Positions 8,923-18,837 of a DNA stretch of 64,000 nt are shown here, piece after piece. A program made the translations under genes and the position numbers. Within the stretch, counting starts at the first letter, position 1; each line of letters begins with the position of its first letter. Origin of the DNA: a virus. Location: the IMG/VR virus record IMGVR_UViG_3300009085_000022, positions 1 to 64,000 of that record. One strand, given 5' to 3'. The notes beneath the pieces were generated by a model. It saw only the letters and a list, made by a program, of their open reading frames with translations, did no database searches and had not been told where the DNA came from.

Positions 8923-9543
8923 ATGTACACTCCACTAGCAACCGCAATGCAAATATCTATAATAATTGGAATTATTATTATGATATACGCTATTTATAAA
9001 TATGCAAAACACTTAACCTTATCTTTTGATAAAGATAAAATTATTTCCGACTATATTTCTTTACAAAGGAGTGGAAGTGTTGATAAGGAGATTGCAGGAA
9101 TATTACTAAGAACAAAAATTGAGTTAGGTGCGTGTAAGGTTGGGTTAATGCGATTCCATAACGGAGGAAGGTTTGCCAATGGTTTTGATATGAAGAAGTT
9201 TACTGCTACACATGAAACATCAAGTGATACGATTGAGCCTTTTATGGATAGATGTATTGGTGTGTTAAACTCTCGTTATCCGGTTGCGTTTGAGATATTA
9301 GGGCTTACCGGGCAGTTCTTTGTATCTGATGTAGAGGACTGTATTGATCTGAATTTTAAATCAGATATGAAGAAGTACGGGTTTAAGTCTTGTTATTTAT
9401 TTCTGGTTAGGCAATTAGATGGCAAGGAGGAAGGATTTATCGGTGTTAATTTTAATACATCAAAAGTTCTTGATGCCGAGAAGAGGTCAATAATTACAGA
9501 ACATATTCCTGAATTACTTCTATTAATGAATACAGGAAAATAA
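8923..9543 (+). CDS. Single-TM protein with GAF-like domain (T4 holin T-like architecture)
   Basis: N-terminal TM; LGACKVGLMRFHNG..G.KSCYLFLV..EGFIGVNF pattern is GAF-like; lies in the lysis cassette. Confidence 0.5.
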   Translation: MYTPLATAMQISIIIGIIIMIYAIYKYAKHLTLSFDKDKIISDYISLQRSGSVDKEIAGILLRTKIELGACKVGLMRFHNGGRFANGFDMKKFTATHETSSDTIEPFMDRCIGVLNSRYPVAFEILGLTGQFFVSDVEDCIDLNFKSDMKKYGFKSCYLFLVRQLDGKEEGFIGVNFNTSKVLDAEKRSIITEHIPELLLLMNTGK

Positions 9544-9573
9544 TGAATAAATTTTTAAAGAATAAATATTATT

Positions 9574-9774
9574 ATGAAAAAGACTACACAGATTACAAAG
9601 GAGTTATTAGAAGAAAAATTTATGAAATTTGTTGAACAGCAGAGACAAATTGAAAAAAAAGTAGATGAATTAGGAGTTTTGTATAATAAACTAGAAGGAG
9701 CTAAAGAATCTATTCAAATATTGTTAACTGAATTAGATGCTCCAGAAATTAAAAAAGATGAACCTAAAGAATAG
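9574..9774 (+). CDS. Small coiled-coil protein
   Basis: 66 aa, E/K/Q heptads. Confidence 0.6.
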   Translation: MKKTTQITKELLEEKFMKFVEQQRQIEKKVDELGVLYNKLEGAKESIQILLTELDAPEIKKDEPKE

Positions 9775-10261
9775 TTTTATAATACTATTATTAGTATTAA
9801 TATTCAGTTCTTGTGTAACACAGAAAAAATGTTTACAAAAGTTTCCTCCTCAGATTATCAGAGAGGTATATGATAGTATTATCATTAAAGATTCTATTAT
9901 ATATAGAGATATAGAGATTGAAGTAAAAATACCTGGTGATACAATAGAAGTAGAAAAAAAAGTTCCTATCAAAGAAAATATATCTCCTGTAACAGTTGAA
10001 AATACTTATTCTTCAGCTAAAGCTTGGGTTGAGAATTCAAAACTTAAATTACAACTTATTCAAAAAGATCAGCTTATAAAATATAAGGTAGATTCTGCTA
10101 TACAAGTAGCTAAGCATTGGGAATATAGATGGAATATTGAAAAACAGAAGGAAGTAATTAAAGAAAAATATATTCCTAAAATTTATAGTATTGCATTCTA
10201 TATGTGGATAGGAGTTATAGTTATAGTTTTATTGTATTTAGGTTTTAAATATTTAAAATAA
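9758..10261 (+). CDS. Putative unimolecular spanin
   Basis: Lipoprotein signal MNLKNSFIILLLVLIFSS|C plus C-terminal TM (IAFYMWIGVIVIVLLYLGF); beta-rich linker. Confidence 0.7.
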   Translation: MNLKNSFIILLLVLIFSSCVTQKKCLQKFPPQIIREVYDSIIIKDSIIYRDIEIEVKIPGDTIEVEKKVPIKENISPVTVENTYSSAKAWVENSKLKLQLIQKDQLIKYKVDSAIQVAKHWEYRWNIEKQKEVIKEKYIPKIYSIAFYMWIGVIVIVLLYLGFKYLK

Positions 10262-10993
10262 ATGGCAAAAAATACATCTCTTAATGAACTTGCATATGAG
10301 TTATTAGAACTAAGGAGAGCTTATATTAAAGAGACTGATCCTATAGATATAAGACTTGTATTTGATTGGATACAAAGTCAAAGAGCTCGTCTTCTTAAAC
10401 AAAAATTTGACCATCCTTTTGCAAGTATAGATGATCATTATGTACAGTCTTTAGGAGCTATTGAATTAGAAAAAACATTATCTAATGAGCTTTCGCCAGA
10501 AGTAAATGATTATAATTATATGTATAGGACTTCTGTTGATATTCCAAGAACTATAGAAAGTAAAGAAGGCATTGGAACATTTACAAGAATAGGACCTGCT
10601 GATAGGCTTTCTACTAAATTTAAAGTAGTTACATATGATGATGCATTATATCGTGGTAATGGTAAGTTTAATCATAATACAATATATGCTTTTATTCTTG
10701 GAGACAGGGTGTATATAACTAGTAAATCTGGAGCTCATCTTACTGTTAAGTATTTAGATATAAGGGGGGTCTTTCAGGATGCAATACAAGCAGCTAGGAT
10801 AAAGAATGCTAATTGGACCTATAATGATGATTATCCTATCAACAAAGAAATAGTAGATCAGTTAAAAGTACTCATTATTAATGAGAAGTTTGGACTAACT
10901 TTAGTTCAGGCTGGTGATAAAACTGACAATAGGGAAGATAACCCCGAAGGAGATACAGCTTCACAAAAAAGAATACCAACTAATCTTGAGTAA
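10262..10993 (+). CDS. crAss-like tail ring protein
   Basis: Size, SLNELAYEL..RARLLKQ..DYPI pattern and synteny (ring, IHF-like, tubular, muzzle, cargo). Confidence 0.6.
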   Translation: MAKNTSLNELAYELLELRRAYIKETDPIDIRLVFDWIQSQRARLLKQKFDHPFASIDDHYVQSLGAIELEKTLSNELSPEVNDYNYMYRTSVDIPRTIESKEGIGTFTRIGPADRLSTKFKVVTYDDALYRGNGKFNHNTIYAFILGDRVYITSKSGAHLTVKYLDIRGVFQDAIQAARIKNANWTYNDDYPINKEIVDQLKVLIINEKFGLTLVQAGDKTDNREDNPEGDTASQKRIPTNLE

Positions 10994-10996
10994 TAA

Positions 10997-11530
10997 ATGC
11001 TAGTATATAAAAGAGGCAAAAGGAAGGTAATAGCAAATTATAAATTCGACGAAATTTATAAATACTATGTAGAAAGATGGGGTTCTAAAGCTCTACCAAA
11101 AAGTAAGGTAAGAGCCTTTTATAAGAGGATGTTTCCTGAAATTGTTAAACTTATGGTATTTGAAAATTTAGATTATCGAATGCCTGCAAAATTAGGATCT
11201 ATAAGAGTTAAAAAGAAATTAATAGAGCCTGTTTTAAATGATGAAGGTAATGTAGATGCAAGAAGATTATCAGTTAATTGGAAGAAGACTAAACAATATT
11301 GGCAAAAACTTTATGTTGGTAAAACTGAAGAAGAGATTAAACTTATTGAAAACAAACCTTTGATAAGAGAAACCAATGATCATACTAATGGATATAGGCT
11401 AACTTGGTTTTGGGATAAGTTAACTACTACAATAAAAAATCAATCGGCTTATTATATTGACATCGCAAGAGACAATGACAATATTTTAAGTAGGGGTGCA
11501 AAAATGAACAATTTAAACTTTTATCTATAA
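10997..11530 (+). CDS. crAss-like IHF/HU-related protein
   Basis: MPAKLGSIRVKK..VNWKKT..NDHTNGY..FW; basic protein at the conserved position before the tail tubular gene. Confidence 0.65.
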   Translation: MLVYKRGKRKVIANYKFDEIYKYYVERWGSKALPKSKVRAFYKRMFPEIVKLMVFENLDYRMPAKLGSIRVKKKLIEPVLNDEGNVDARRLSVNWKKTKQYWQKLYVGKTEEEIKLIENKPLIRETNDHTNGYRLTWFWDKLTTTIKNQSAYYIDIARDNDNILSRGAKMNNLNFYL

Positions 11531-12309
11531 TGCTTAATGGGAAAACAGTAACAATAGATCATATTATTGAAAATCTAAATCAAGATTATGGTTTTCAAAA
11601 TGTTGATAAATCAGAAGTTGCAGAATGGATCTGGAGATCCATGTCTATTATAGGCAACCCTAGTCCTTATGAGGATAAAAATGTAACTTATACTGTTGCT
11701 GATTATAGGGCTATTCTACCTGTAAATTTGTATAGTATAGAAGGAGTCAGGGATAAAGTAACAGGTCTTCCATTAAGGGAGATGACAGATGCTTTTAGTA
11801 AATTTCCAGAATCTGCCTATGACGGCACAACTGAAATAATTGCAGATTATGATCCCGCTTACCCAAGTACTTATATATCTAATACAGAAGAGTATTATGA
11901 GACAATAGTAGGCCCAGAGTATTCTTCTGAGTATTTTACCTATAAGGTTCAAGGTAATTTTATGTATTTAGGATTTGAAACTGGTACAATAGAAATGCAA
12001 TATAAAGCTATACCTATTGATACTATAACTGGATTTCCTACAGTTCCAGATAATGCTATCTATATCAGAGGTGTAGTAAGTTTCATAGGAGAAAGACTAG
12101 CTTTCAGAATGATGTTAAAAGATTTGCTATCTGAAAAAAAATATGAGTTAATTAGACAAGATTATTTTTTTAATGTAGGTGCAGCAATGAATGTTTGTAA
12201 AATGCCAGATAAAGCTAGAATGGAAACATTAATTAATCGTTGGAAGTCAACATATTTAGGTCCCGGTCATTTTGATACAGGTTTTAAATATTTAGGCTCT
12301 AGAGAATAA
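11530..12309 (+). CDS. crAss-like tail tubular/ring protein (P22 gp4-like)
   Basis: YRAILP..I.G, YKVQGNFMYLGFETGTIEMQYKAIP..GFPTVPD; directly precedes the muzzle gene. Confidence 0.7.
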   Translation: MLNGKTVTIDHIIENLNQDYGFQNVDKSEVAEWIWRSMSIIGNPSPYEDKNVTYTVADYRAILPVNLYSIEGVRDKVTGLPLREMTDAFSKFPESAYDGTTEIIADYDPAYPSTYISNTEEYYETIVGPEYSSEYFTYKVQGNFMYLGFETGTIEMQYKAIPIDTITGFPTVPDNAIYIRGVVSFIGERLAFRMMLKDLLSEKKYELIRQDYFFNVGAAMNVCKMPDKARMETLINRWKSTYLGPGHFDTGFKYLGSRE

Positions 12310-12317
12310 TTTGAATT

Positions 12318-15300
12318 ATGGAAATGCCTAAACATACTTGTTCTTATTCAGGTGGTATGAATAAGGACTTATCTGTTAATCAGTACCCAAATACTTGTTA
12401 TTTTGATGCTACAAATTTAAGACTGATTACTACCGATAGTTCAGGTTTAACTAATGAGGCCTTCGTTACTCCCAAAGGTAATGCTGCTGCTTTTACTATT
12501 GTTAGTGATGGCTTGGTTATAGGACACACTATACTTAGAGATTTTTTAGTATTATTTGTTAATGATTTAGGAGCCACTAATCCTGATAGAATCTATAAGA
12601 TTCCATTAACAAGTTTAAAAACTGCTACAGATATTACTGTAAATAATATCTATTACTGGACTGCTGTTCATCCACAAGAAAGGTATTTAGTTTATTGGGG
12701 AGACTTAGGATTTCATACAAATTATCCTATTAGAGCCGTAGGAAGCTACGAAAATGAAGATGTTCAAAAAGTTTATTGGGTTGATGGATTAAACCCATTA
12801 AGACATATTAATACTATCTATAATGCTACATATAATGATCTAGCTAATTTAGATCCTGAATTATTAGAAGTATTACCGAATCATACATATGGGTCATATG
12901 CTCTTACTGAGGGAATTGGTGGGCATTTAAAAGCTGGTAGAATTCAATATTCATACCAACTCTATTCTGTTTCTGGCTCAGAGACTATGTATGCACCTCC
13001 AAGTAATTTATATAACATTACTTCCCATCAATCTTCTGATGGTGAAGATTTTGTTGGTAATGATTTAGAGACAATAATCAATAAATATATTCAAGTAACT
13101 TTAACTTTAAGTGTTGATACAGTTCAAACATTTAATAGAATAAGATTACTTGCCTTAGAATACGAGGAATATGGAGATATTCCAACAGTTAGAGTTGTAT
13201 CAGAGAGAGAATTAAATACCACTACTCCTATATTTTATGACTATGGAGATAAAATAGGAGAACTAACTTTAGAGGAATTTCAAATTATAAAAAATAGTTT
13301 TATTCCTAAAACAATTGAATCTAAAAATGGATATCTATTTGCAGGAAATATAACAGAAGAAATTTTTGATGTAGATGATTTAGTAGAAGATTTAGCTCTT
13401 CCATTAACATTTTTAGATACAAGAGCTTATCGTTGGAGATATGGTACTGGCACAACAATGTCAGGTTCTGATACTTTAACTGATGCTACAGATCCTGCTG
13501 CAGTAGCAGATCCTGAAACTTATGGAGCATCTGCTTTTTCTGTGTCAGTAGTATCTTTATTAGATACTGGTTGGCATGTTCATATTCTGGTTGATGCAGA
13601 GGGACATGCTACAGGATTAGGCAGAACGTTTTCAAGTATATCATCTATTAATGGTTTAGGGGCCTCTTTAGTATTAAGAGGAGTAGCTGATGGTTTATGG
13701 AATCACGGAGTTACATTAGATTTTTCAGGAGCTATTTTTGAATATGATAGTTCAGGTATACCTTTTATTAGTATTGAAGGTACTCAATATATAGGTGGAT
13801 TGCCCTCAGCGCTAGACCCGTCTTATCCTACAAATTATGATAATGATGTAATAATTAATTTTAGTTACACTTATACATATACTTATGTAGCAGTCGGTTC
13901 TGCCGTTGATTGTGTAATAAATAAGGGGATGTCTAATGAAGTAGTAATTGATTCTGGTGGAGGACCAGATTTTACACAATTACAAACTTCGGCAGGAAAA
14001 GTTAACGATTGTATTAATACTTATAATAATATTAGCAACGATACAAATGTTGATAGGGATCATGCTTATAAGTATAAACAAATTACAGCTGCCGCTCCGC
14101 CTGCTTTTACAGATTTAGGAGGGACAGGGCCTTACATTAGTTACGGTTTCACTTATACTGATATTAATTCTGCGGATAAAACCAGTAAAGGAGCTGCAGG
14201 AGAAACTTTATATACTTTTAACCCCTCTAATACCAGTCCAGGTTATACTAATCAGCAATATGTATTAAATAATGTAGGACTTCAAAGAGATGAAGTGTAT
14301 AGGTATGGTATAGATTTTTATGATTTAAAAGGAAGGCCTTCTTATACTAAATGGATCGGGGATATAAGAATGCCGGATATTTCAGAAGAATTAGATCCTG
14401 GTTCAACATATAGTCAGGTTTATCAAATTTGTTATGGTTCTACTACAGACTTAATGGTAGCAAGAATTTTAAATATAAAGTTTACTATTGATTGGGGATC
14501 TATAAATACAGACTATCCAGGATTATTAGCACAGCTTTCAGGATTTCAAATTGTAAGAGTATTAAGAACTGATGGAGATTGTACAATAAAGGGATCTGGT
14601 ATTATATTACCTACACATTACCCAAATGTTGTTGCTGGAGAGATTAAAGATAGTAGATATAGTACTTATAATATTGGATCTGCAGAAGATTATACATCAG
14701 CAACTCCTTTTCAGATAGTTGGTATAAATGGATTAAATAGTTCTCTAGATCAGACTTTAGTAGATTTTATAGCTCCAGAAATAGCATTTAATAGATCACT
14801 TATATCTGATTCAAATGATTTCTTTGAAGTATGTGGATATTTAGATAATATAAGATCTGGTGGCACTATCACAGGCGATATTAAGACTTATAGTGTAAAT
14901 TCTTCCAAAGTAACAGCATTAGATGTTACGCCTACAGTTTTGGGGTCAGATTGCATAAGAACTATTAATGATAGTTTTATATCTACTCCTGAATTAAGAA
15001 GCCCAATTACACATGTAATTGGGGCTACTTCTTATACAGCAAGGGGATATGATGATGAAGTTGATGGGGATGAACCTTGTATAACATATAAAGGCACGTC
15101 ATTAATAGCTGAAATAGCTTCAGCTTTTGGTAATGCTGTATCTCCGGCTGGTCTAGTTGCCGGAGATTGTAAAGCTATGTATGGTAGATATAGACGATCC
15201 TTAGGATATTCAATTTATGGAGGCTGTACTTATCATGAGAGATCTTATAGTCAATATATAAAAGCAGGTGAATTTTATCCAGTGGCAACTTCAGGTACAA

Positions 15301-16673
15301 CTAACTATGATGTATTTGGTGGAGACACTTATATAGGTCCGTTTACATATTTAAAATTATTTGTAGATACTGATGGTGAATATACTGATAGGGGTGGACA
15401 AGTATTAGTAACTTTTCCATATGAAAGTAGATTAAATCTATCTCATAGATTAGATAGGATTAATGCATATACAACTGTTCCTACAGGTTCTTCTTACTAT
15501 TTAGCAGAAAGACAAACTTTAGGTATAGGTCAATATCCTAATACTTACCCAGAAGTAGGAGATTTATACAGATATAATTCAGCATATTCAGCAGAAAATC
15601 AATCTAAATTTTTTGCGTCCAAACCCTTTGATTATAGAGCTGTTGATGTTCATGATAATATGGTTGTTAGTAGCGAAAAGAAAGTTAGTGGGGAATATTC
15701 TGACAGTTGGTTAAAATTTAAATACAATAATTATATAGAATTAGATTCTAATTGTGGGGCTATTACAAGACTAATAAATCAAAATGATAGATTATTTAGT
15801 TTTCAACCAAGAGGTATATCTATTCTATCTGTTAATGACCGTGAATTAGTACAGACACAAAATACTGGTGCACTATCTGTTGGTACTGGTGGAGTATTAT
15901 CTAGATATGATTATTTAACCAGACAAGCCGGTAGTAGCTGGTATGACTCCATAATTCCTACTGAATTAGGTATTTATCTATATGATAATAATTCATATAA
16001 AATATATAGAATAATAGATTCAGTAGAGCCTATTTCAGATACGAAAGGAATGAAATCTTATTTTGAAGTTAATGCTTTTACCATTACACGGGCTTTTGCT
16101 GGGTATGATAAATTAAATAGGGAAGTATTATTTAGTTTTCCTAATCTAGGGAAAACATTAATATTCTCTGCGTTTAAAGATTGTTTTACAGGATTTTACT
16201 CAGTATATTTTACGGATTCTATTCAGTTCGATAAATACTTTTTATCATATAGATCAAGTAGTAAGTATTATTTACATGATACCGGATCATATAATAGTTT
16301 CTATGGTTCTGATGTTATCAGTAATTTAACAGTAATTGCTAATCCATATCAAAATAAAGCTGTTACATTTCATGTAATAGAATGGTTGATGGATGTTACT
16401 AATAGTGGAGTAGAGGTAGCAGATGAAACATTTACTAATGTTAGAATAACTAATACTCATCAGGATACAGGCACTTTAACATTTCCAGGAACTACTGGTT
16501 TAATAAGAAGATTTAGAGTTTGGAGAATGAACTTATTTAGAAACTCAGCTGATTCTAAACGTATAAGAGATTCCTGGATTAAAGCCTATTTTACCTATAA
16601 TAATGTAGCAAGTAATAGAAAAGCAGTAATATATCCAATAACTTTTAGTTGGTTACCTACTAAGATCCGATAG
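12318..16673 (+). CDS. crAss-like tail stabilization/muzzle protein (P22 gp10-like)
   Basis: GGMNKDLS..ATNLR, KVYWVDGLNPLRHIN, QYSYQLY, LFAGNI, RDEVYRYGIDFY..KWIGDIRMP, GGDTYI, GTGGVLSRYDY, RRFRVWR. Confidence 0.85.
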   Translation: MEMPKHTCSYSGGMNKDLSVNQYPNTCYFDATNLRLITTDSSGLTNEAFVTPKGNAAAFTIVSDGLVIGHTILRDFLVLFVNDLGATNPDRIYKIPLTSLKTATDITVNNIYYWTAVHPQERYLVYWGDLGFHTNYPIRAVGSYENEDVQKVYWVDGLNPLRHINTIYNATYNDLANLDPELLEVLPNHTYGSYALTEGIGGHLKAGRIQYSYQLYSVSGSETMYAPPSNLYNITSHQSSDGEDFVGNDLETIINKYIQVTLTLSVDTVQTFNRIRLLALEYEEYGDIPTVRVVSERELNTTTPIFYDYGDKIGELTLEEFQIIKNSFIPKTIESKNGYLFAGNITEEIFDVDDLVEDLALPLTFLDTRAYRWRYGTGTTMSGSDTLTDATDPAAVADPETYGASAFSVSVVSLLDTGWHVHILVDAEGHATGLGRTFSSISSINGLGASLVLRGVADGLWNHGVTLDFSGAIFEYDSSGIPFISIEGTQYIGGLPSALDPSYPTNYDNDVIINFSYTYTYTYVAVGSAVDCVINKGMSNEVVIDSGGGPDFTQLQTSAGKVNDCINTYNNISNDTNVDRDHAYKYKQITAAAPPAFTDLGGTGPYISYGFTYTDINSADKTSKGAAGETLYTFNPSNTSPGYTNQQYVLNNVGLQRDEVYRYGIDFYDLKGRPSYTKWIGDIRMPDISEELDPGSTYSQVYQICYGSTTDLMVARILNIKFTIDWGSINTDYPGLLAQLSGFQIVRVLRTDGDCTIKGSGIILPTHYPNVVAGEIKDSRYSTYNIGSAEDYTSATPFQIVGINGLNSSLDQTLVDFIAPEIAFNRSLISDSNDFFEVCGYLDNIRSGGTITGDIKTYSVNSSKVTALDVTPTVLGSDCIRTINDSFISTPELRSPITHVIGATSYTARGYDDEVDGDEPCITYKGTSLIAEIASAFGNAVSPAGLVAGDCKAMYGRYRRSLGYSIYGGCTYHERSYSQYIKAGEFYPVATSGTTNYDVFGGDTYIGPFTYLKLFVDTDGEYTDRGGQVLVTFPYESRLNLSHRLDRINAYTTVPTGSSYYLAERQTLGIGQYPNTYPEVGDLYRYNSAYSAENQSKFFASKPFDYRAVDVHDNMVVSSEKKVSGEYSDSWLKFKYNNYIELDSNCGAITRLINQNDRLFSFQPRGISILSVNDRELVQTQNTGALSVGTGGVLSRYDYLTRQAGSSWYDSIIPTELGIYLYDNNSYKIYRIIDSVEPISDTKGMKSYFEVNAFTITRAFAGYDKLNREVLFSFPNLGKTLIFSAFKDCFTGFYSVYFTDSIQFDKYFLSYRSSSKYYLHDTGSYNSFYGSDVISNLTVIANPYQNKAVTFHVIEWLMDVTNSGVEVADETFTNVRITNTHQDTGTLTFPGTTGLIRRFRVWRMNLFRNSADSKRIRDSWIKAYFTYNNVASNRKAVIYPITFSWLPTKIR

Positions 16674-16692
16674 ATTATTTTACACATAATCC

Positions 16693-16723
16693 TTTGATAT
16701 TAAAAAATAATTATATAAATTTG
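16693..16723 (+). promoter_or_regulatory. Bacteroidota primary-sigma promoter for the cargo operon
   Basis: TTTG (16693-16696), 19 nt, TAAATTTG (16716-16723); ATG at 16739. Confidence 0.7.
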
Positions 16724-16738
16724 CATAATTTAATTACA

Positions 16739-18832
16739 ATGATAAAACGAACACCACGATTGAAGAAAAAAGCTAATGGTGGTTTATTAAAACTATCAGA
16801 TAAATTAGGTACTACCAAAGGATTGTCAGCAGTATCTGGTGTTGCAGATATGGGGTCAGAGTTTATTGATATGTTTGCTAAACCTACTGAAGTAGTTAAT
16901 AATAAGGTTAATGTTAATGAAGGAGCTGCTGCTGGAAAGGGTGCTTTAAAAGGAGCGGCATCTGGTGCTGCATTAGGTTCAATAATCCCAGGATTGGGAA
17001 CATTGGTTGGTGGAGCAGCTGGAGCATTAATAGGAGGATTAGGGTCATTTTTTGGTGGCAGAAAACAAGAAAAAGATTTACAAGAAGGATTAGATGAACA
17101 ATTAGATACAGAACAGTTTAACTCTGCTCTAAAAACCAGATTAACAACTATGAATCAATCTCCAACATATACACCTGTCGCTAAACAAGGTGGATTTATT
17201 GTCTATAAAGGCGAGACTCACGAAGGACCTACAGGCGGTAATCTTGTAGATGAAATTGGTAATCCAACAGGATTATCTTCAAGTAAACCTATTGCACTAA
17301 CTGAAAAAAATGAAGTTTCTAAATATGATCCCACCACTGGTAATACCTATATTTATTCTGACTCATTGGGATTTGCAAAACCAGCCACACATCTGGTTCG
17401 TAAATATGAACTAGATAAACCAAGTTGGAATAATTTATATAAAAATGACTCTTTACTTAGAACTGCTGTAGATAAACAATTTGAGAATTTAACTCAGGCA
17501 CAGGAGTTTTCTAAGGAAACTAATACATCTATGAAAGATACTATGACACTTTTACCTACAGCTGGCAAAGGAGGTTACCTATCCACTGCTAAAGCTAAAG
17601 AAATCCTTAAAGATGGTAAGGCTAATGGTAAGAGGTTAACTAATAAACAACGTGCTTATATGGGTTGGGTAGCTGGAGGTAAAAAAGAAGATGGAGGTCT
17701 ATTAGAGGATGGTCCATACGGAGATAGAAGTATAGAAAATCCTAGCATGAACTATATGGGAGATATATTACCTAAATATGGAGGAGAGGGAGAAAGTTTT
17801 ATACAAAAATTAAAAAAATCCTATAAACCAACAAATACTAAACCTAATCCTGATAGTCCATTTTTACAATTATATTTTAGAGGGCAAGAACCAACTGGTA
17901 CTCCATCTATATTAAGAAATGATAATGTTGGAGGAGGAACAGCTACTGGATTTCCATATATTTTAAAAGATTTTTATAATAAACAACAATCTTCTCAGGA
18001 TAAAATTCCAAATAAACAATTAGAGTGGTGGGCTGAGTATTTAAAAAGTGGTAAGATTAAAGGCCCTGAATCTACTTCTAATGCCATTAATAGAATTGAA
18101 GGTCCTGGTAGAGTTTCTGCAGATCATATAAGTCCTGGATCAGTAGTAAGAAAGTCATATAATGATATTTATAATCCATTAGCAGGTTCTCCTAATCAAT
18201 ATGAACCTACTGAAGAAGATAATTACTCTCCTACTTTAAGTCCATTAGGACATATGGCCAGTGCTTTAGGTAACCTGGCTGATTATAGAGCATTAAAACA
18301 AGCTAAACCCTCTCCTGTTAATTTACCAAGAGTAGGTGCAGAGCAGATTAATTTAGCTAAACAAAGGTTAATAAACCAACGTGGTGCTGAAGATGCCAGA
18401 AATATGAATGTTACAAATGCCAGAAATTTAGGGCTAAACGCTGGTTCTATGTTTAGTAATTTAGCTGCTTCTAATACTGGTGTAAGTAAGCTTTTAGGAC
18501 AACAGAATATGGAATCAGCATTAGCAGAAGAAACTACAAATGCTCAATTAAGGCAACAGGCTAATGCAATGAATGTTGAGGTAGGAGCACAAGAAGGACT
18601 GTTTAATACTCAACAAGATAATGCTTACCGTATGGCAAGAGCAAGATTAAATCCTTTAAGTAATTTAGCAAGAACTGCAGCAAGTTATGCTGCTGATAAT
18701 GCGTCTTATAAAAAAGGATATAATACAGCTGAGATGTTGGCTCCTAATATGGAGCTCTATAAAGACCCAGATGCTAACGCATTAAATTGGCTGCTAGAGA
18801 ATAGAGGTGTTAAAGTAAGAGCTAAAAAATAA
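16739..18832 (+). CDS. Virion cargo/ejection protein 1
   Basis: Gly-zipper hydrophobic segment (GAAAG..GLGTLVGGAAGALIGGLG), GETHEGPTGG motif, Q/N/A-rich helical C-terminus; follows the muzzle gene. Confidence 0.7.
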   Translation: MIKRTPRLKKKANGGLLKLSDKLGTTKGLSAVSGVADMGSEFIDMFAKPTEVVNNKVNVNEGAAAGKGALKGAASGAALGSIIPGLGTLVGGAAGALIGGLGSFFGGRKQEKDLQEGLDEQLDTEQFNSALKTRLTTMNQSPTYTPVAKQGGFIVYKGETHEGPTGGNLVDEIGNPTGLSSSKPIALTEKNEVSKYDPTTGNTYIYSDSLGFAKPATHLVRKYELDKPSWNNLYKNDSLLRTAVDKQFENLTQAQEFSKETNTSMKDTMTLLPTAGKGGYLSTAKAKEILKDGKANGKRLTNKQRAYMGWVAGGKKEDGGLLEDGPYGDRSIENPSMNYMGDILPKYGGEGESFIQKLKKSYKPTNTKPNPDSPFLQLYFRGQEPTGTPSILRNDNVGGGTATGFPYILKDFYNKQQSSQDKIPNKQLEWWAEYLKSGKIKGPESTSNAINRIEGPGRVSADHISPGSVVRKSYNDIYNPLAGSPNQYEPTEEDNYSPTLSPLGHMASALGNLADYRALKQAKPSPVNLPRVGAEQINLAKQRLINQRGAEDARNMNVTNARNLGLNAGSMFSNLAASNTGVSKLLGQQNMESALAEETTNAQLRQQANAMNVEVGAQEGLFNTQQDNAYRMARARLNPLSNLARTAASYAADNASYKKGYNTAEMLAPNMELYKDPDANALNWLLENRGVKVRAKK

Positions 18833-18837
18833 ATACC

